Shown here piece after piece: positions 15,401-31,460 of a DNA stretch of 64,000 bases. Every line of letters begins with the position of its first letter. Positions within the stretch are counted from its first letter, which is position 1. Location of the stretch: NCBI GenBank assembly GCA_009914755.4, contig CP068257.2, positions 992,001 to 1,056,000 on the forward strand, given 5' to 3'. Below the pieces are notes generated by a model. That model searched no databases and was not told where the DNA came from. It saw only the letters and a list, made by a program, of their open reading frames with translations. The position numbers and the translations under genes were made by a program. This DNA comes from the human T2T-CHM13v2.0 reference genome, Homo sapiens.

Positions 15401-18400
15401 TAAGCCTACAGGGGCATTGTGACATATCTCTGCAGTGATCACGCAGGTGATATAACTGTTGTCTATATCTGCCTACTGGCGGCATTGTGGCATATTTCTG
15501 CACTGATCACCCAGGTGATGGACTCTTGTCTTGGATCTGCCTATGGGGGCATAGTGACACGTCTCTGCAGTGATCACTCATGTGATGTAACGCTTGTCTA
15601 AGCTGCGTCTAAAGGGGAGTTGTGACAGATATCTCCACTGATTACCCAGGTGATGTAACAAACAAATTTCCGCGATTTCTCTACAGGGCCTTTGTGACAT
15701 ATCTTTGCACTGATAACCCTGGAGATGTAACTCTTGTCTAGGCTCGGCCTACAGGGGCTGTGTGACATATTTCTGCACTGATCACCCAGGTTATGTAACT
15801 CTTGTCTATGCTCCACCTACAGGTGGTATTGTGACGTATCTCTGCACTTCTCACACAGGTGATGTAACTCTTGTCTAGGCTCCACCTACAGGGTGTATTG
15901 TGACATATCTCTGCACTGATCACCCATGTGATGTAATATTTATCTAGGCTCTGCCTACTGGGGCGTTTTGACATAGCTCTGCACAGATCACCTGGGTTAT
16001 GTAACTCTTGTCCACTCTCTGCCTATAGGGGGCATTGTGAAATATCTCTGCACTGATCACCCAGGTGATGGGACTCTTCTCTATACTCTGCCTATAGGGG
16101 GATTTGTGACATATATCTGCACGGATCACCCAGGTGATGGAAGTCTTGTCTAGGCTCTGTCTATGGGGTCATTGTGTCAAATATCTGCACTGATCACCCA
16201 GGTGATGTAACTCTTCTCTAGGCTCTGTATACAGGGATTTTTGTGACGTATCACTGCCCTGATCACCTAGGTGATGTAAGCCTTGTATGGGCTTTGCGTA
16301 CAGAAGGCTTTGTGACATATCTATGCACTGATCTCTGAGGTGATGCAACTCTTGTCTAGTCACTGCCTACAGAGGACATTGGTACATATCTCTGCAGTGA
16401 TCACCCAGGTGATGGACTCTTGTCTTAGATCTGCCTACATGGACATTTTGACACATCTCTGACCTGATCAACCAAGTGATGAAACTCTTGCCTAGGCTCT
16501 GCCTAAATGGGCTTTGTGACACATCTCTGAACTGTTCACCCTGGGGAGGGAACTCTAGTCTACGCTTTGCCTACAGGGGGCATTGTGAAATATCTCTGCA
16601 CTGATCACCCAGGTGATGGGACTCTTCTTTATACTCTGCCTATAGGGGGATTTGTGACATATATCTGCACGGATCACCCAGGTGATGGAAGTCTTGTCTA
16701 GGCTCTGTCTATGGGAGCATTATGTCAAATATCTGCACTGATCACCCAGGTGATGTAACTCTTGTCTAGGCTCTGTCTACAGGGATTTTTCTGACACATC
16801 ACTGCCCTGATCACCTAGGTGATGTAAGCCGTGTATGGGCTTTGCGTACAGAAGGCTTTGTGACATATCTATGCACTGATCTCTGAGGTGATGCAACTCT
16901 TGTCTAGTCACTGCCTACAGAGGACATTGGTACATATCTCTGCAGTGATCACCCAGGTGATGGACTCTTGTCTTAGATCTGCCTACATGGACATTTTGAC
17001 ACATCTCTGACCTGATCAACCAAGTGATGAAACTCTTGCCTAGGCTCTGCCTAAATGGGCTTTGTGACACATCTCTGAACTGTTCACCCTGGGGAGGGAA
17101 CTCTAGTCTACGCTCTGCCTACAGGAGGCTTTTTGAGTTATACCTGTACTGATCATCTAGGTGATGTAACACTGGTCTAGAGTCTCCCTTCACCGGAATC
17201 CTCACATATCTCTGCACTGATCATCCAGTTGATGTAACTCATTTCTAGATTCAGACTACAGGAGTGTTTTGACATATCTCTGCACTGATCAACCAGTTGA
17301 TGTAACCCTTGACTAAGCTCTGCCTACAGGGGCATTGTGGCAGATCTCTCCACTGCTCACCCAGGTGATGTAACAATTGTCTGGGCTTTGCCTACAGGGG
17401 GCTTTGTGATATACATTTCCACTGATCAAACAGGTGATGTAACCCTTGGCAAATTTCTGCTTACAGGGGTATTGTGAAATAACTCTGCACTGATCAACTA
17501 GGGGATGTAACTCTTGTCTAGGCTCTCCCTACATGGGTGTTTTCACATATCCCTGAACTGATGAGAAAGATGATGTAACTCTTGCCTAGGCTTTGCCTAC
17601 AGGGGATATTGTGACATATCTCTGCACTGATCTCCCAGGTGATGCAACTCTACTCTATGCTCTGCCTACAGGGGACATAGTGACATATCTCTGCACTGAT
17701 CACCCAGGTGATGGGACTTTTGTCTAGGCTCTGCCTATGGGTGCATTGTGACATATCTCTACACTGATCACCCTGGTGATGTAACTCTTGTGTTGGATCT
17801 GCCTATGGGGGCATTGTGACATATTTCTGCACTGATCACCCAAGTGATGGGACTCTTATCTAGGCTCTGTGTATGGGTGCTTTGTGACATATGTCTGCAC
17901 TGATCACCAAGGTGATGTAACGCTAGACTAGGCTCTGCCTACGAGGCATAGTGACAATCACTGCATTGATCACCGAGGTGATGTAACGCTTGTCCAGGCT
18001 CTGCCTATACGGTGCCTTGTGACATATCTCTGCACTGATCATGGAGGTAATGTAACTCTTGCTTGTGCTCTGCCTGCAGGGCAGAGATATTGTCAAATAT
18101 TTCTGCAATGATCACCCAGGTGATGGGACTCTTTTCTAGGCTCTGCCTACTGGGGGCATTGTCACATGTTTCTGCACTGATCACCCAGGTGACGGACTCT
18201 TGTCTTGGATTTGCCTATGGGGGCATTGTGACATATCTCTGCACTGATCACCCAGGTGATGTAACTCTGGTCCAAGATCTGCCTAGAGGGGCATTGTGAC
18301 AGATCTCTGCACTGATCACTCAGGTGATGCAACTCTTGTCTATGCTCTGCTCATAAGGGCCTTGCACATATCTCTGCACTGATCACGCAGGTGATGTAAC

Positions 18401-21400
18401 TGTTGTCTAGGCCCTGCTTACAAAGGGTATTGTGACATATCTCTGCACTGATCACCTAAGTGATGTAACACTTGTGTAGGCTCTCCCTACAGGGGCATTC
18501 TAACATATCTCTGCATTGTTAACCGAGGTGATGTAACCCTTGTCTAGGCTGTGCCCACAGGGGTATTGAGACATATCTCTGCACTGATCCCGAGGTGATC
18601 CAACTCTTTCCTGGTGTCTGCCTACTGGGGATATTGTGAAATGTCTCTGCACTGATCTCCCAGGTGCTGTAACCTTAGTCTAGGCTCCAGCTACACGGCA
18701 TTGTGACATATCACTGCACTGATCACCCACGTGATATAACTCTTGTCTAGGCTCTGCCTACAGGGGCTTGTGAAATATCTCTGCACTGATCACCCAGGTG
18801 ATATAACTCTTCTCTAGGATCTGCCTACAGGGTGCTTTGTGACATATCGCTGCAATGATCACCCAGGTGATATACCACTTGTCAAGGCTCTGCCTACAGG
18901 GGCGTTGCGATGTATCTCTGCACTGATAACCTAGGACATGTAACGCTTGTCTAGGCTCTGCCTACAGTGCCATTGGGACTTATCTCAGCAATGATCATCC
19001 AAGTGATGTATCTCTTGTCTAGGATCTGCCTAAAGGGACTTTGTGACATAACTCTGCACTGATCATCCAGGTGATGGGGCTTTTGTCTAGGCTCTGCCTA
19101 AGGGGGCATTGTGACATATTTCTGCATTGATCACCCAGGTGACAGACAATTGTCTTTGATTTGCCTATGGGGGCATTGTTACATATCTCTGCACTGATCA
19201 CCCAGGTGATGTAACAGTTGTATAAGCTCTGCCTACAGGGGAATTGTGAGAGATCTCGCCACTGATCACCCAAGTGATGTAACTATTGTCTAGGCTTTGC
19301 CTACATGGGGCTTTGTGACATACCTTTGCACTGATCACCCAGGTGACGTAACTCATCTAAGTTCTGCCTACAGGAGCTTTGTGACATATTTCTGCACTGA
19401 TCACTTAGGTGATGTAACACTTTAATAAGCATTGCCTACAGGGAATTTTGACAAATCTCCACACTGATCACCTAGGTGATGTAACTCTTGTCTACCCTCC
19501 GCCCAAAGGGGGCATTGTGAAATATCTCTGCACTGATCACCCAGGTGATTCAACTCTTGTCTAGGATCTGCCTACATGGGTTATTGTGAAATATCTCTGC
19601 AAGGATGAACTAGGTGATGTTACTCTTGTCTAGGCTCTGCCTACAGGGGCGTTTTCACATATCCCTGAACTGATGACAAAGGTGATGTAACTCTTGCCTG
19701 GGCTTTGCCTACAGGGGACATTGTGACATATCTCTGCACTAATCACCCAGGTGATGCAACTCTTCTCTATGCTCTGTCTACAGGGGACATTGTGACATAT
19801 CTCTTAACTGATCACCCAGGTGATGCAACTCTTCTCTAAGCTCTGCCTACAGGGTGCACTGTGACGTGTCTCTGCACTGATCACCCAGATGATGTAACTC
19901 TTTTCTAGACTCTGCCTACGGAAGGCGTTGTAACATCACTCTGCACGGATCACCCGGGTTATGTAACTCTTGTCTAGGCTCTGCCTTTGGGGGCATTGTG
20001 ACTTATCTCTGCACTGATAACGCAGGAGATGTGACACTTGTCTAAGCTCTGCTGAGAGGCACATTGGGACATGTCCCTGCAGTGATTGCTGAGGTGATCT
20101 AAAAGTTGTCTAGGCTTTACCTACAGTGGGATTTATGACATATCTCTGCACTGATCACCCAGGTGATGTAACTCTTTTCTAGGCTCTGCTAACAGGGGCC
20201 TTTTCACATATCACTGCACTGATCACCGAGATGATGTAACTCTTGTATAGGTTTCGCCGACTGGGGGCATTGAGACATATCTCTGTGCTGATCACCGAGG
20301 TGATGTAACTCTTGTCTGGGATCTGCTTACAGGGGTCATTGTGACATATCTCTTCCCTGATCACCCAGGTGATGTAACGCTTGTCTAGGCTCTGCCTCCT
20401 GGAAATATTGTGACATATCTCCGCAGTGATCACTCAGGTGATGTCACTTTTGTGAAGGATATGGCTACAGGGACATTGTGACATGTCTCTGCACTGATCA
20501 CACAGCTGATGTAATTCTTGTCTAGGCTCTGGCTACAGGGGGCTTATGACACATCCCTAAACTGATCACCCAGGTAATGTAACCATAGTCTAGGCTCTGC
20601 CAAAAGGGGGCATTGTGACATAACTCTGCACTGATCACCCAGGTGATGGGACTCTTGTCTAGGCTCTGCCTACAGGGGCATTGTGACATATCTCTGCACT
20701 GATCAAGCGGGTGATGTAACTCTTGTCTATATCTGCCTACTGGCGGCATTGTGGCATATTTGTGCACTGATCACCCAGATGATGGACTCTTGTCTTGGAT
20801 CTGCCTATGGGGGCATCATGACATATCTCTGCACTGATCACTCATGTGATGTAATGCTTGTCTAAGCTGCGCCTAAAGGGGAAATGGAACAGATATCTCC
20901 ACTGACCACCCAGGTGAGGTAACAATTTTCTGGGATTGTCTACAGGGGGCTTTGTGACATATATTTGCACTGATCACCCAGGAGATGTGACTCTTGTCTA
21001 GGCTCGGCCTACAGGGGCTTTGTGACATATTTCTGCACTGATCACCTAGGTGATGTAACTCTTGTCTAGGCTCCAACTACAGGAGGTATTGTGACGTATC
21101 TCTGCACTGATCACACAGGTGATGTAACTCTTGTCTAGGCTCCACTTACAGGGTGTATTGAGACGTATCGCTACACTGATCACCCAGGTGATGTAACATT
21201 TATCTAGGCTCTGCCTACTGGGGCGTTTTGACATAGCTCTGCACAGATCACATAGGTTATGTAACTCTTGTCCACTCTCTGCCTACAGGGGGCATTGTGA
21301 AATATCTCTGCACTGATCACCCAGGTGATGGGACTCTTCTCTATACTCTGCCTAGAGGTGGATTTGTGACATATCTCTGCACTGATCACCCAGGTGATGG

Positions 21401-22591
21401 AAGTCTTGCCTAGGCTCTGTCTATGGGGGCATTGTATCAAATATCTGCACTGATCCCCCAGGTGTTGTAACTCTTGTCTAGGCTCTGTCTACAGGGATTT
21501 TTGTGACATATCACTGCACTCATCACCTAGGTGATGTAAGGCTTGTATGGGCTTTGCCTACAGAAGGCTTTGTGACATATCTATGCACTGACCTCTGAGG
21601 TGATGCAACTCTTGTCTAGGCACTGCCTACAGGAGACATTGGTACATCTCTCTGCACTGATCACCCAGGTGATGGCCTCTTGTCTTATATCTGCTTACAT
21701 GGACATTGTGGCACATCTCTGAACAGATCGAGCAAGTGATGAAACTCTTGTCTAGGCTCTGCCTACGGGGGCTTTGAGTACACATCTCTGTACTGATCAC
21801 CCTGGGGAGGGAACTCTTGTCTACTCTCTGCCTACAAGAGGCTTTATGACTTATACCTACACTGGTAACCTATGTGATGTAACACTTGTCTAGGCTCTGT
21901 CTACACGGGAATTCTCACATGTCTCTGCACTGATCACCCGGGTGATGGAACTCCTGTCTAGGTTCAGCCTACAGGAGGGTTTTGACATATCTCTGCACTG
22001 ATCATCCAGGTGATGTAACCCTTTTCTAAGCTCTGCCTCCAGGGGCATTGTGACAGATCTCTCCACTGCTCAACCAGGTGATGTAACAATTGTCTGGACT
22101 TTGCTTACAGGGGGCTTTGTGATATAAAATTCTAGTGATCAAACAGGTGATGTAACCCTTGTCAAGGTTCTGCTTACAGGGGCTTTGTGACATACCTCTG
22201 CACTGATCACCCCAGGGAGGAAACATTTGTCTACACTCTGACTACAGGGGGCTTTAGGACTTATCCCTGCACTGATCACTAGGTGATGGAACACTTGTCT
22301 AGGCTCTGTCTACATGGGAATTTTCACATATATCTACACTGATCACCTAAGTGATGTAACCCTTGTCTAGGTTCAGCCTATTGGGGATTTCTGACATACC
22401 TATGCACTGATCACCGAGGTGATGTAAATCATTTCCAGGCTTTTTGTACAGGGGACATTGTGATATATCTCTGCACTGATCACCCAAATGATGCAAATAT
22501 TCTCTAGGCTCCGCAGGGAGGGGGCATTGTGATATATTTCTGAACTGATCATCCAGGAGATGTAACTATTCTCCAGGCTTTGAGTGAAGAG
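12481..22591. repeat. Beta-satellite array, orientation A, about 10.1 kb (roughly a double-length interval). Contains a 542-bp tandem duplication and a unit-less flank junction.
   Basis: 68-bp periodicity throughout. Distal-flank signature at 12570-12900; proximal-flank series P1-P17 at 21430-22591. Confidence 0.9.
16020..17105. repeat. Tandem duplication of an 8-monomer (~542 bp) beta-satellite block. Copy 1 is about 16020-16563 and copy 2 about 16563-17105; near-identical.
   Basis: The string ctgcctacagggggcattgtgaaatatctctgcactgatcacccaggtgatgggactcttct.tatactctgcctatagggggatttgtgacatatatctgcacggatcacccaggtgatggaagtcttgtctaggctctgtctatggg recurs at ~16025 and ~16565, and the following ~480 bp are also near-identical. 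Confidence 0.75.
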
Positions 22592-23943
22592 CGTTGGAAG
22601 GTGTTGGGAGAGCCTCAGCCGGAATTTCACGGATGGACAGGGGCACAGAGGGGCCAGCAGGCTCCCTTGCACATTAGCCGGGGTGCTCAATGAGCGCAGG
22701 TCTAGCCAGGAGGCCAGCAAATAGAGCTATAGGTCTGCGTTCTGATGCCAGGTGCTCCATGGTTGCAGCTGGGGGGCTACAGGGGCACGGGCCGGCCGGC
22801 GACGGTGGCGCTGAGGCGCAGAGGAGGCGAGCCGCTAGAGAGGTGTCAGGCCTGCACGGTGTGCGGGCCCATTGTTTTGCGGGACGGGGGTCTACACCCA
22901 GCCCAGGTGGGGATGTATTTTCTCAAGTGGGGCCACCGGGCCAAGGTGTGCTTGCGCCACCCACGTCCCAGGGTAGTCATTGTTGGGGCCGCGGCCGGGG
23001 TCCCCAGGTTGCCAGGGCGGCATGGGAACCCCAAGCCGGGGCAGCTCCACCTCGCCAGCCTGCGACCCCGGAGGTCTCCGTGCGGCAGGGGCAGATGTAA
23101 GGCATGCCGGTGCCCTCCAAGGCGCTCCAGGAGCCGGAGCACTCATCTGCACTCCCCTCCGGCCTGCTGCTGGATGAGCTCCTTGCGGGCCCAGAGATTT
23201 TGCAGCAGGTGCAACTCTCCTAGAATCGGAGGCCCCGGGTGAGCTGGAGGCCTTCTAAGGGGTCGCCTCGCTGGAAGCACCCCTCAGCGAGGAAGAATAC
23301 CGGGCTCTGCTGGAGGAGCTTTAGGACGCGGGGATGGGAAGGGGTCGGGTCGGGGCAGGGCATTGGCCTCTCTTTCACGGGGAACACCTGGCTGGCTACG
23401 GAGGAGCGTGTCTTCCACCCGCCCCATCCCCCGGGCTGACCGGCCTGGGATTCCTGACTTCTTGGTCTAGGCCCGGTGAGAGACTCCACAGAGCGTAGAA
23501 CTGCCATTCTTTCCTGGGCATCCCAGGGATCCCCGAGCGGGCCCAGGTACCAACAGGTGGGCCGCCTACTACACACGCGCGGGTTTGCAGGCAGCCGCCT
23601 GGGCTGTGGGAGCAGCCCGGGCTGAGCTCTCATGCCTTTCCACCACCCCACCCCCGCCTGACCACACCTTCCCCACCCCCACCCCCCACCCCCGGGAAAT
23701 GCGTCCTCCCCTGGGCTGGGTGGAGACCCCCGTACCGCGAAACACCGGGCCTGCGCAGCGTCCAGGCCTGACAACCCTCCGGCGGCTCTCCTCCTCTGTG
23801 CCTCTGGGCCACCGTCGCCGGCCAGCCTGTGCCCCTGCAGCCTCTCAGCTGCCACCATGGAGCGCCTGGCGGTGGAACGGAGACATATAGCTCTCTTTGC
23901 CGGCCTCCTGGCTAGACCTGCGCTCATTGTGCACCCTGGCTGT
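22592..23943. repeat. D4Z4-like block 3, a composite. 22592-22930 is LSau-like sequence in the standard (minus-unit) orientation. 22931-23943 is an inverted partial unit (DUX4 C-terminal fragment on the + strand, 3' flank, and reversed LSau-like sequence).
   Basis: 22592-22930 is collinear with 2326-2665 of unit 1. From 22931 the + strand encodes the DUX4 C-terminus, and 23325-23943 is the reverse complement of the LSau-like region (compare 2700-3020). Confidence 0.8.
22931..23324 (+). pseudogene. DUX4-like C-terminal fragment (roughly aa 285 to the stop) on the plus strand, with an internal stop and a frameshift.
   Basis: ORF 22690..23100(+) reads ...[53 protein letters not shown] then stop. 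Downstream in shifting frames: [34 protein letters not shown] and [11 protein letters not shown] (tag at 23322-23324). Confidence 0.75.
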
Positions 23944-26900
23944 CGTGGTGTTGTTGCATCACCAGGGTGATCCGTGGAGATATCTGTCACAATTCCCCTT
24001 CAGGCACAGCTATGACAAGCGTTACATCACATGAGTGATCAGTGCAGAGATATGTCACTATGACCCCATAGGCAGATACAAGACAAGAGTCCATCACCTG
24101 GGTGATCAGTGCAGAAATATGCCACAGTGACACCAGTAGGCAGATATAGACAAGACTTACATCACCTGGGTTATCACTGCAGAGATATGTCACAATGCCC
24201 CTGTAGGCAGAGCCTAGAGACAAGTCCCATCACCTGGGTGATCAGTGCAGAGTTATGTCACAATGCCTCCTTTTGGCAGAGCCTAGACAAGGGTTGCATC
24301 ACCTGGGTGATTAGTGCAGAGATGTGTCACAAGCCCCCTGTAGCCAGAGCCTAGACAAGAGTTACATCAGCTGTGTGATCAGTGCAGTGACATGTCACAA
24401 TGTCCCTGTAGCCATTTCCTAGACAAAAGTGACATCACCTGGGTGATCAGTGCGGAGATACGTCACAATGTCTCCAGTAGGCAGAGCCTAGACAAGCGTT
24501 ACATCACCTGGGTGATCAGGGCAGAGATATGTCACAATGCCCCTGTAAGCATATCCCAGACAAGAGTTGCATCACCTCGGTGATCAGTGCAGAGATATGT
24601 CTCAATGCCCCCTGTCGGCGAAGCCTATACTAGAGTTACATCATCTCGGTGATCAGTGCAGTGATTTGTCAAAATGCTCCTGTAGGCAGAGCCTAGACAA
24701 GAGTTAAATCACCTGGGTAAGCAGTGCATAGATATGTCATAAATCCCACTGTAGGCAGAGCCTAGACAAGTTTTACATCACCTCAGTGATCAGTGCAGAG
24801 ATATGTCCTAATGTTCCTCTAGGCAGAGCTTAGACAAGAGTCACATCTCTTGGGTGATCAGTGCAGAAATAAGTCACAATACCCCCATAGGCAGAGCCTA
24901 GACAACAGTTACATAACCCGAGTGATCCCTGCAGTGTGATGTCAAAACGACCTCTGTAGGCAGAGACTAGAAAAGGGTTACATCACCTGGGTGATCAGTG
25001 AAGAGATATGTCAAAATGCCCCCTGTAGGCAGAGCATAGAGAAGAGTTGCATCACCTGTGTGATCAGTGCAGAGATATGTCACAACGTCCCCTGTAGGCA
25101 AAGCCTAGGCAACAGTTACATCACCTTTGTCATCAGTTCAGGGATATTTTGAAACGCCCCTGTAGGCAGATTCTAGACAAGAGTTACTTCACCTAGTGGA
25201 TCAGTGCAGAGATATTTCACAATACCCCCTGTGGGCAGATCCTAGACAAGAGCTGAATCAACTGGGTGATCAGTGCAGAGATATTTCACAATGCCCCCTT
25301 TGGGCAGAGGGTAGACAAGAGTAACATCCCCTAGGGATCAGTGCAGAGATTTGTCAAAATTCCCTGTAGGCAGTGCTTATAAAAGTGTTACATCACCTAA
25401 GTGATCAGTGCAAATATATGTCACAAAGCTCCTGTTGGCAGAACTTAGATGAGTTACATCAACTGGGTGATCAGTGCAAAGGTATGTCACAACGCCCCGT
25501 CTAGGTAAAGCCTAGACAATAGTTACATCACTTGAGTGATCAGTGGTGAGATCTCTCACTATTCCCCTGTTAGTAGAGCTTACACAACAGTTACATCACC
25601 TGGGTGATCAGTGCAGAGATATCTCACAATGCCCCCATAGGCAGATCCAAGACAAGAGTCCGTCACCTGGGTGATCAGTGCAGAAATATATCACAATGCC
25701 CTCTTAGGCAGAGCCTAGACAAAAGCCCCATCACTTGGATGATCAGTGTAGAGTTATGTCACAAAGTCCCTTTAGGCAGATCCTAGACAAGAGTTACATC
25801 ACTTGGATGATCAGTGCAGAGATATGTCACTGTGCCACTGTAGGCAGAGCCTAGACAAGAGTTACGTGACCTAGGTGATCAGTGCAGAGATACATCACAA
25901 TGTCCCTGTAGGCAGAGCCTTGACAAGTGGTACATCACCTGGGTGATCATTGCAGGGATATGTCACAAAACACCCTGTAGGTAGATTGTAGATAAGAGTT
26001 ACATCACCTGGGTGATCAGTGCAGTGACATGTCACAATGCCACTGTAGGCAGAGCCTAGACAAGAGTTATATCACCTCGATGATAAATACAGTCATATGT
26101 CACAATGCCGTGTAGCCAGAGCCTAGACTAAAGTTGCAGCACCTGAGAAATCAGTGCAGAGATATGTCACAATCTCCCCAGTAGGCAGAGACCAGGCAAG
26201 ATTTGGATCACCAAGGAATCAGTGCAGAGATGTGTCTCAATCCCCCTCTGGGCAAAACTTAGACAAGAGTTACATCACCTCAGTTAACAGTGCAGAGATA
26301 TGTCAAAATGCCCCTGTAGGCAGAGCCTACAGAAGTGTTACATCACTTAGGTGATCAGTGCAGAAATATGTCACAATACCCCCTATAAACAGAGCCTAGA
26401 CAAGAGTTACATCACCTGGGTGATCAGTGCAGAGGTATGTGACAAGGCCCCTTTAAGCAGAGCCTGGAAAACAGTTACATCACCTGAGTGATCAGTGCAG
26501 AGATCTGTCACCATGCCCCTTTAGGCAGAGCTTAGACCAGAGTTACATCACCTGGGTGATCAGGGCAGAGATATCTCAAAATGCCCCTATAGGCAAATAC
26601 AATAAACAATAATGTCACCTGGGTGATCGGTGCAAACATATGTGACAATGCCCCCAGTAGGCAGAGCCTAGAGAAGAGTCCCATCACCTGGGTGATCAGT
26701 GCAGAGATATTTCACAATGCCCCTGCAGGCAGAGCATAAGCAAGAGTTACATCACCTAGATGATCAGTGCAGAGATATGTCACAAAGCCCCCTATACGCA
26801 GAGCATGGAGAAGAGTTACATCACCTTGGTGATCTCTGCAGTGATATGTCCCTATGCCCTGTAGGTAAAGCCTAGTCAAGCATTACATCACCTGGGTAAT

Positions 26901-27317
26901 CAGTGCAGAGATATGTCACAAAGCCCCCATACACAGAGCCTAGACAAGAGTCCCATCACCTGGATGATCAGTGTAGAAATATGTCACAATGCCCCCATAG
27001 GCAGATCCAACACGAGAGTTACATCACCTGGGTGATCAGTGTAGAGATATGTCACAATGCCCCCATAGGCAGAGCCTAGACAAAAGTCCCATCACCTGGG
27101 TGATCAGTGTAGAGATATGTCACAATGCCCCCATAGGCAGAGCCTAGACAAAAGTCCCATCACCTGGGTGATCAGTGTAGAGATATGTCACAATGCCCCC
27201 ATAGGCAGAGCCTAGACAAAAGTCCCATCACCTGGGTGATCAGTGCAGAGATATGTCACAAAGCCCCTGTAGGCAGAGCCTAGACAAGAGTTACATCACT
27301 TTGTTGATCAGTTCAGA
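23944..27317. repeat. Beta-satellite array in the inverted orientation B (monomer reads agtgcagagatatgtcacaatgcccc...gttacatcacctgggtgatc on +), about 3.4 kb. Its right end is the reversed distal-flank series.
   Basis: The same 68-bp family as a reverse complement, e.g. 24140-24210 gttatcactgcagagatatgtcacaatgcccctgtaggcagagcctagagacaag...cacctgggtgatcagtgcagag. Confidence 0.9.
27053..27256. repeat. Three consecutive identical 68-bp monomers (a triplicated copy of distal-flank monomer D1, reversed).
   Basis: cacaatgcccccataggcagagcctagacaaaagtcccatcacctgggtgatcagtgtagagatatgt is repeated three times without a mismatch, while neighbouring monomers differ by 10-25%. Confidence 0.8.
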
Positions 27318-30833
<3,516 letters not shown>

Positions 30834-31460
30834 TCATGAATGGCGGTGAGCCCTGGGACAGCCCGCCCACCCCAGAATGGTCCCAGAGCTTCGAGGCCTG
30901 CTGCCGGGGGGTGGTGGTTTAGGTTGGGAGGGTGTGGTGATGGTGGTGGTGGGGACGGAGAGACAAAGAGGAAGGGGGCGAGGGGGAAGGGGTGAGGGGG
31001 GCGCGTTTCGCGGGCTGGCTCTCCAGACATCTCCAGGAACCCCTCGGGAACTGGAAGCCGCTCTCTAGGCTCCCAAGCATCTTCAGCAGGGAGAAACCGG
31101 CCTGGGATGGTGGAAGGGAGTGTGGAACTGAACCTCTGTGGGAGTCTTGAGTGTTCCAGGCCCTCCCTCTGCGAAGGAGGCAGTGCCTGTGGGTGTTGCC
31201 GTTGCTGGGACAGTCTCACACACGCAGGCGTGTGGCTCTCATTCATTTCCACGTAGGAGACCAGAGCGAGAGCCCAGAAAGAAGGTGCCTCCACGGCGTG
31301 ATGGCCTGACGATGGATTCCCATGTGCGGCAACATGGGGAGTCTGCAGTTTGGCCGATTTGGAAACGCAAAGAGAGCGAAGGCACCATGGCAGTCTTCCA
31401 CCTTTCCCTGAATGTTTCCGGGTGCCTGCAGTGCTCCGGGAGCAAACAGTCAGCAGGACA

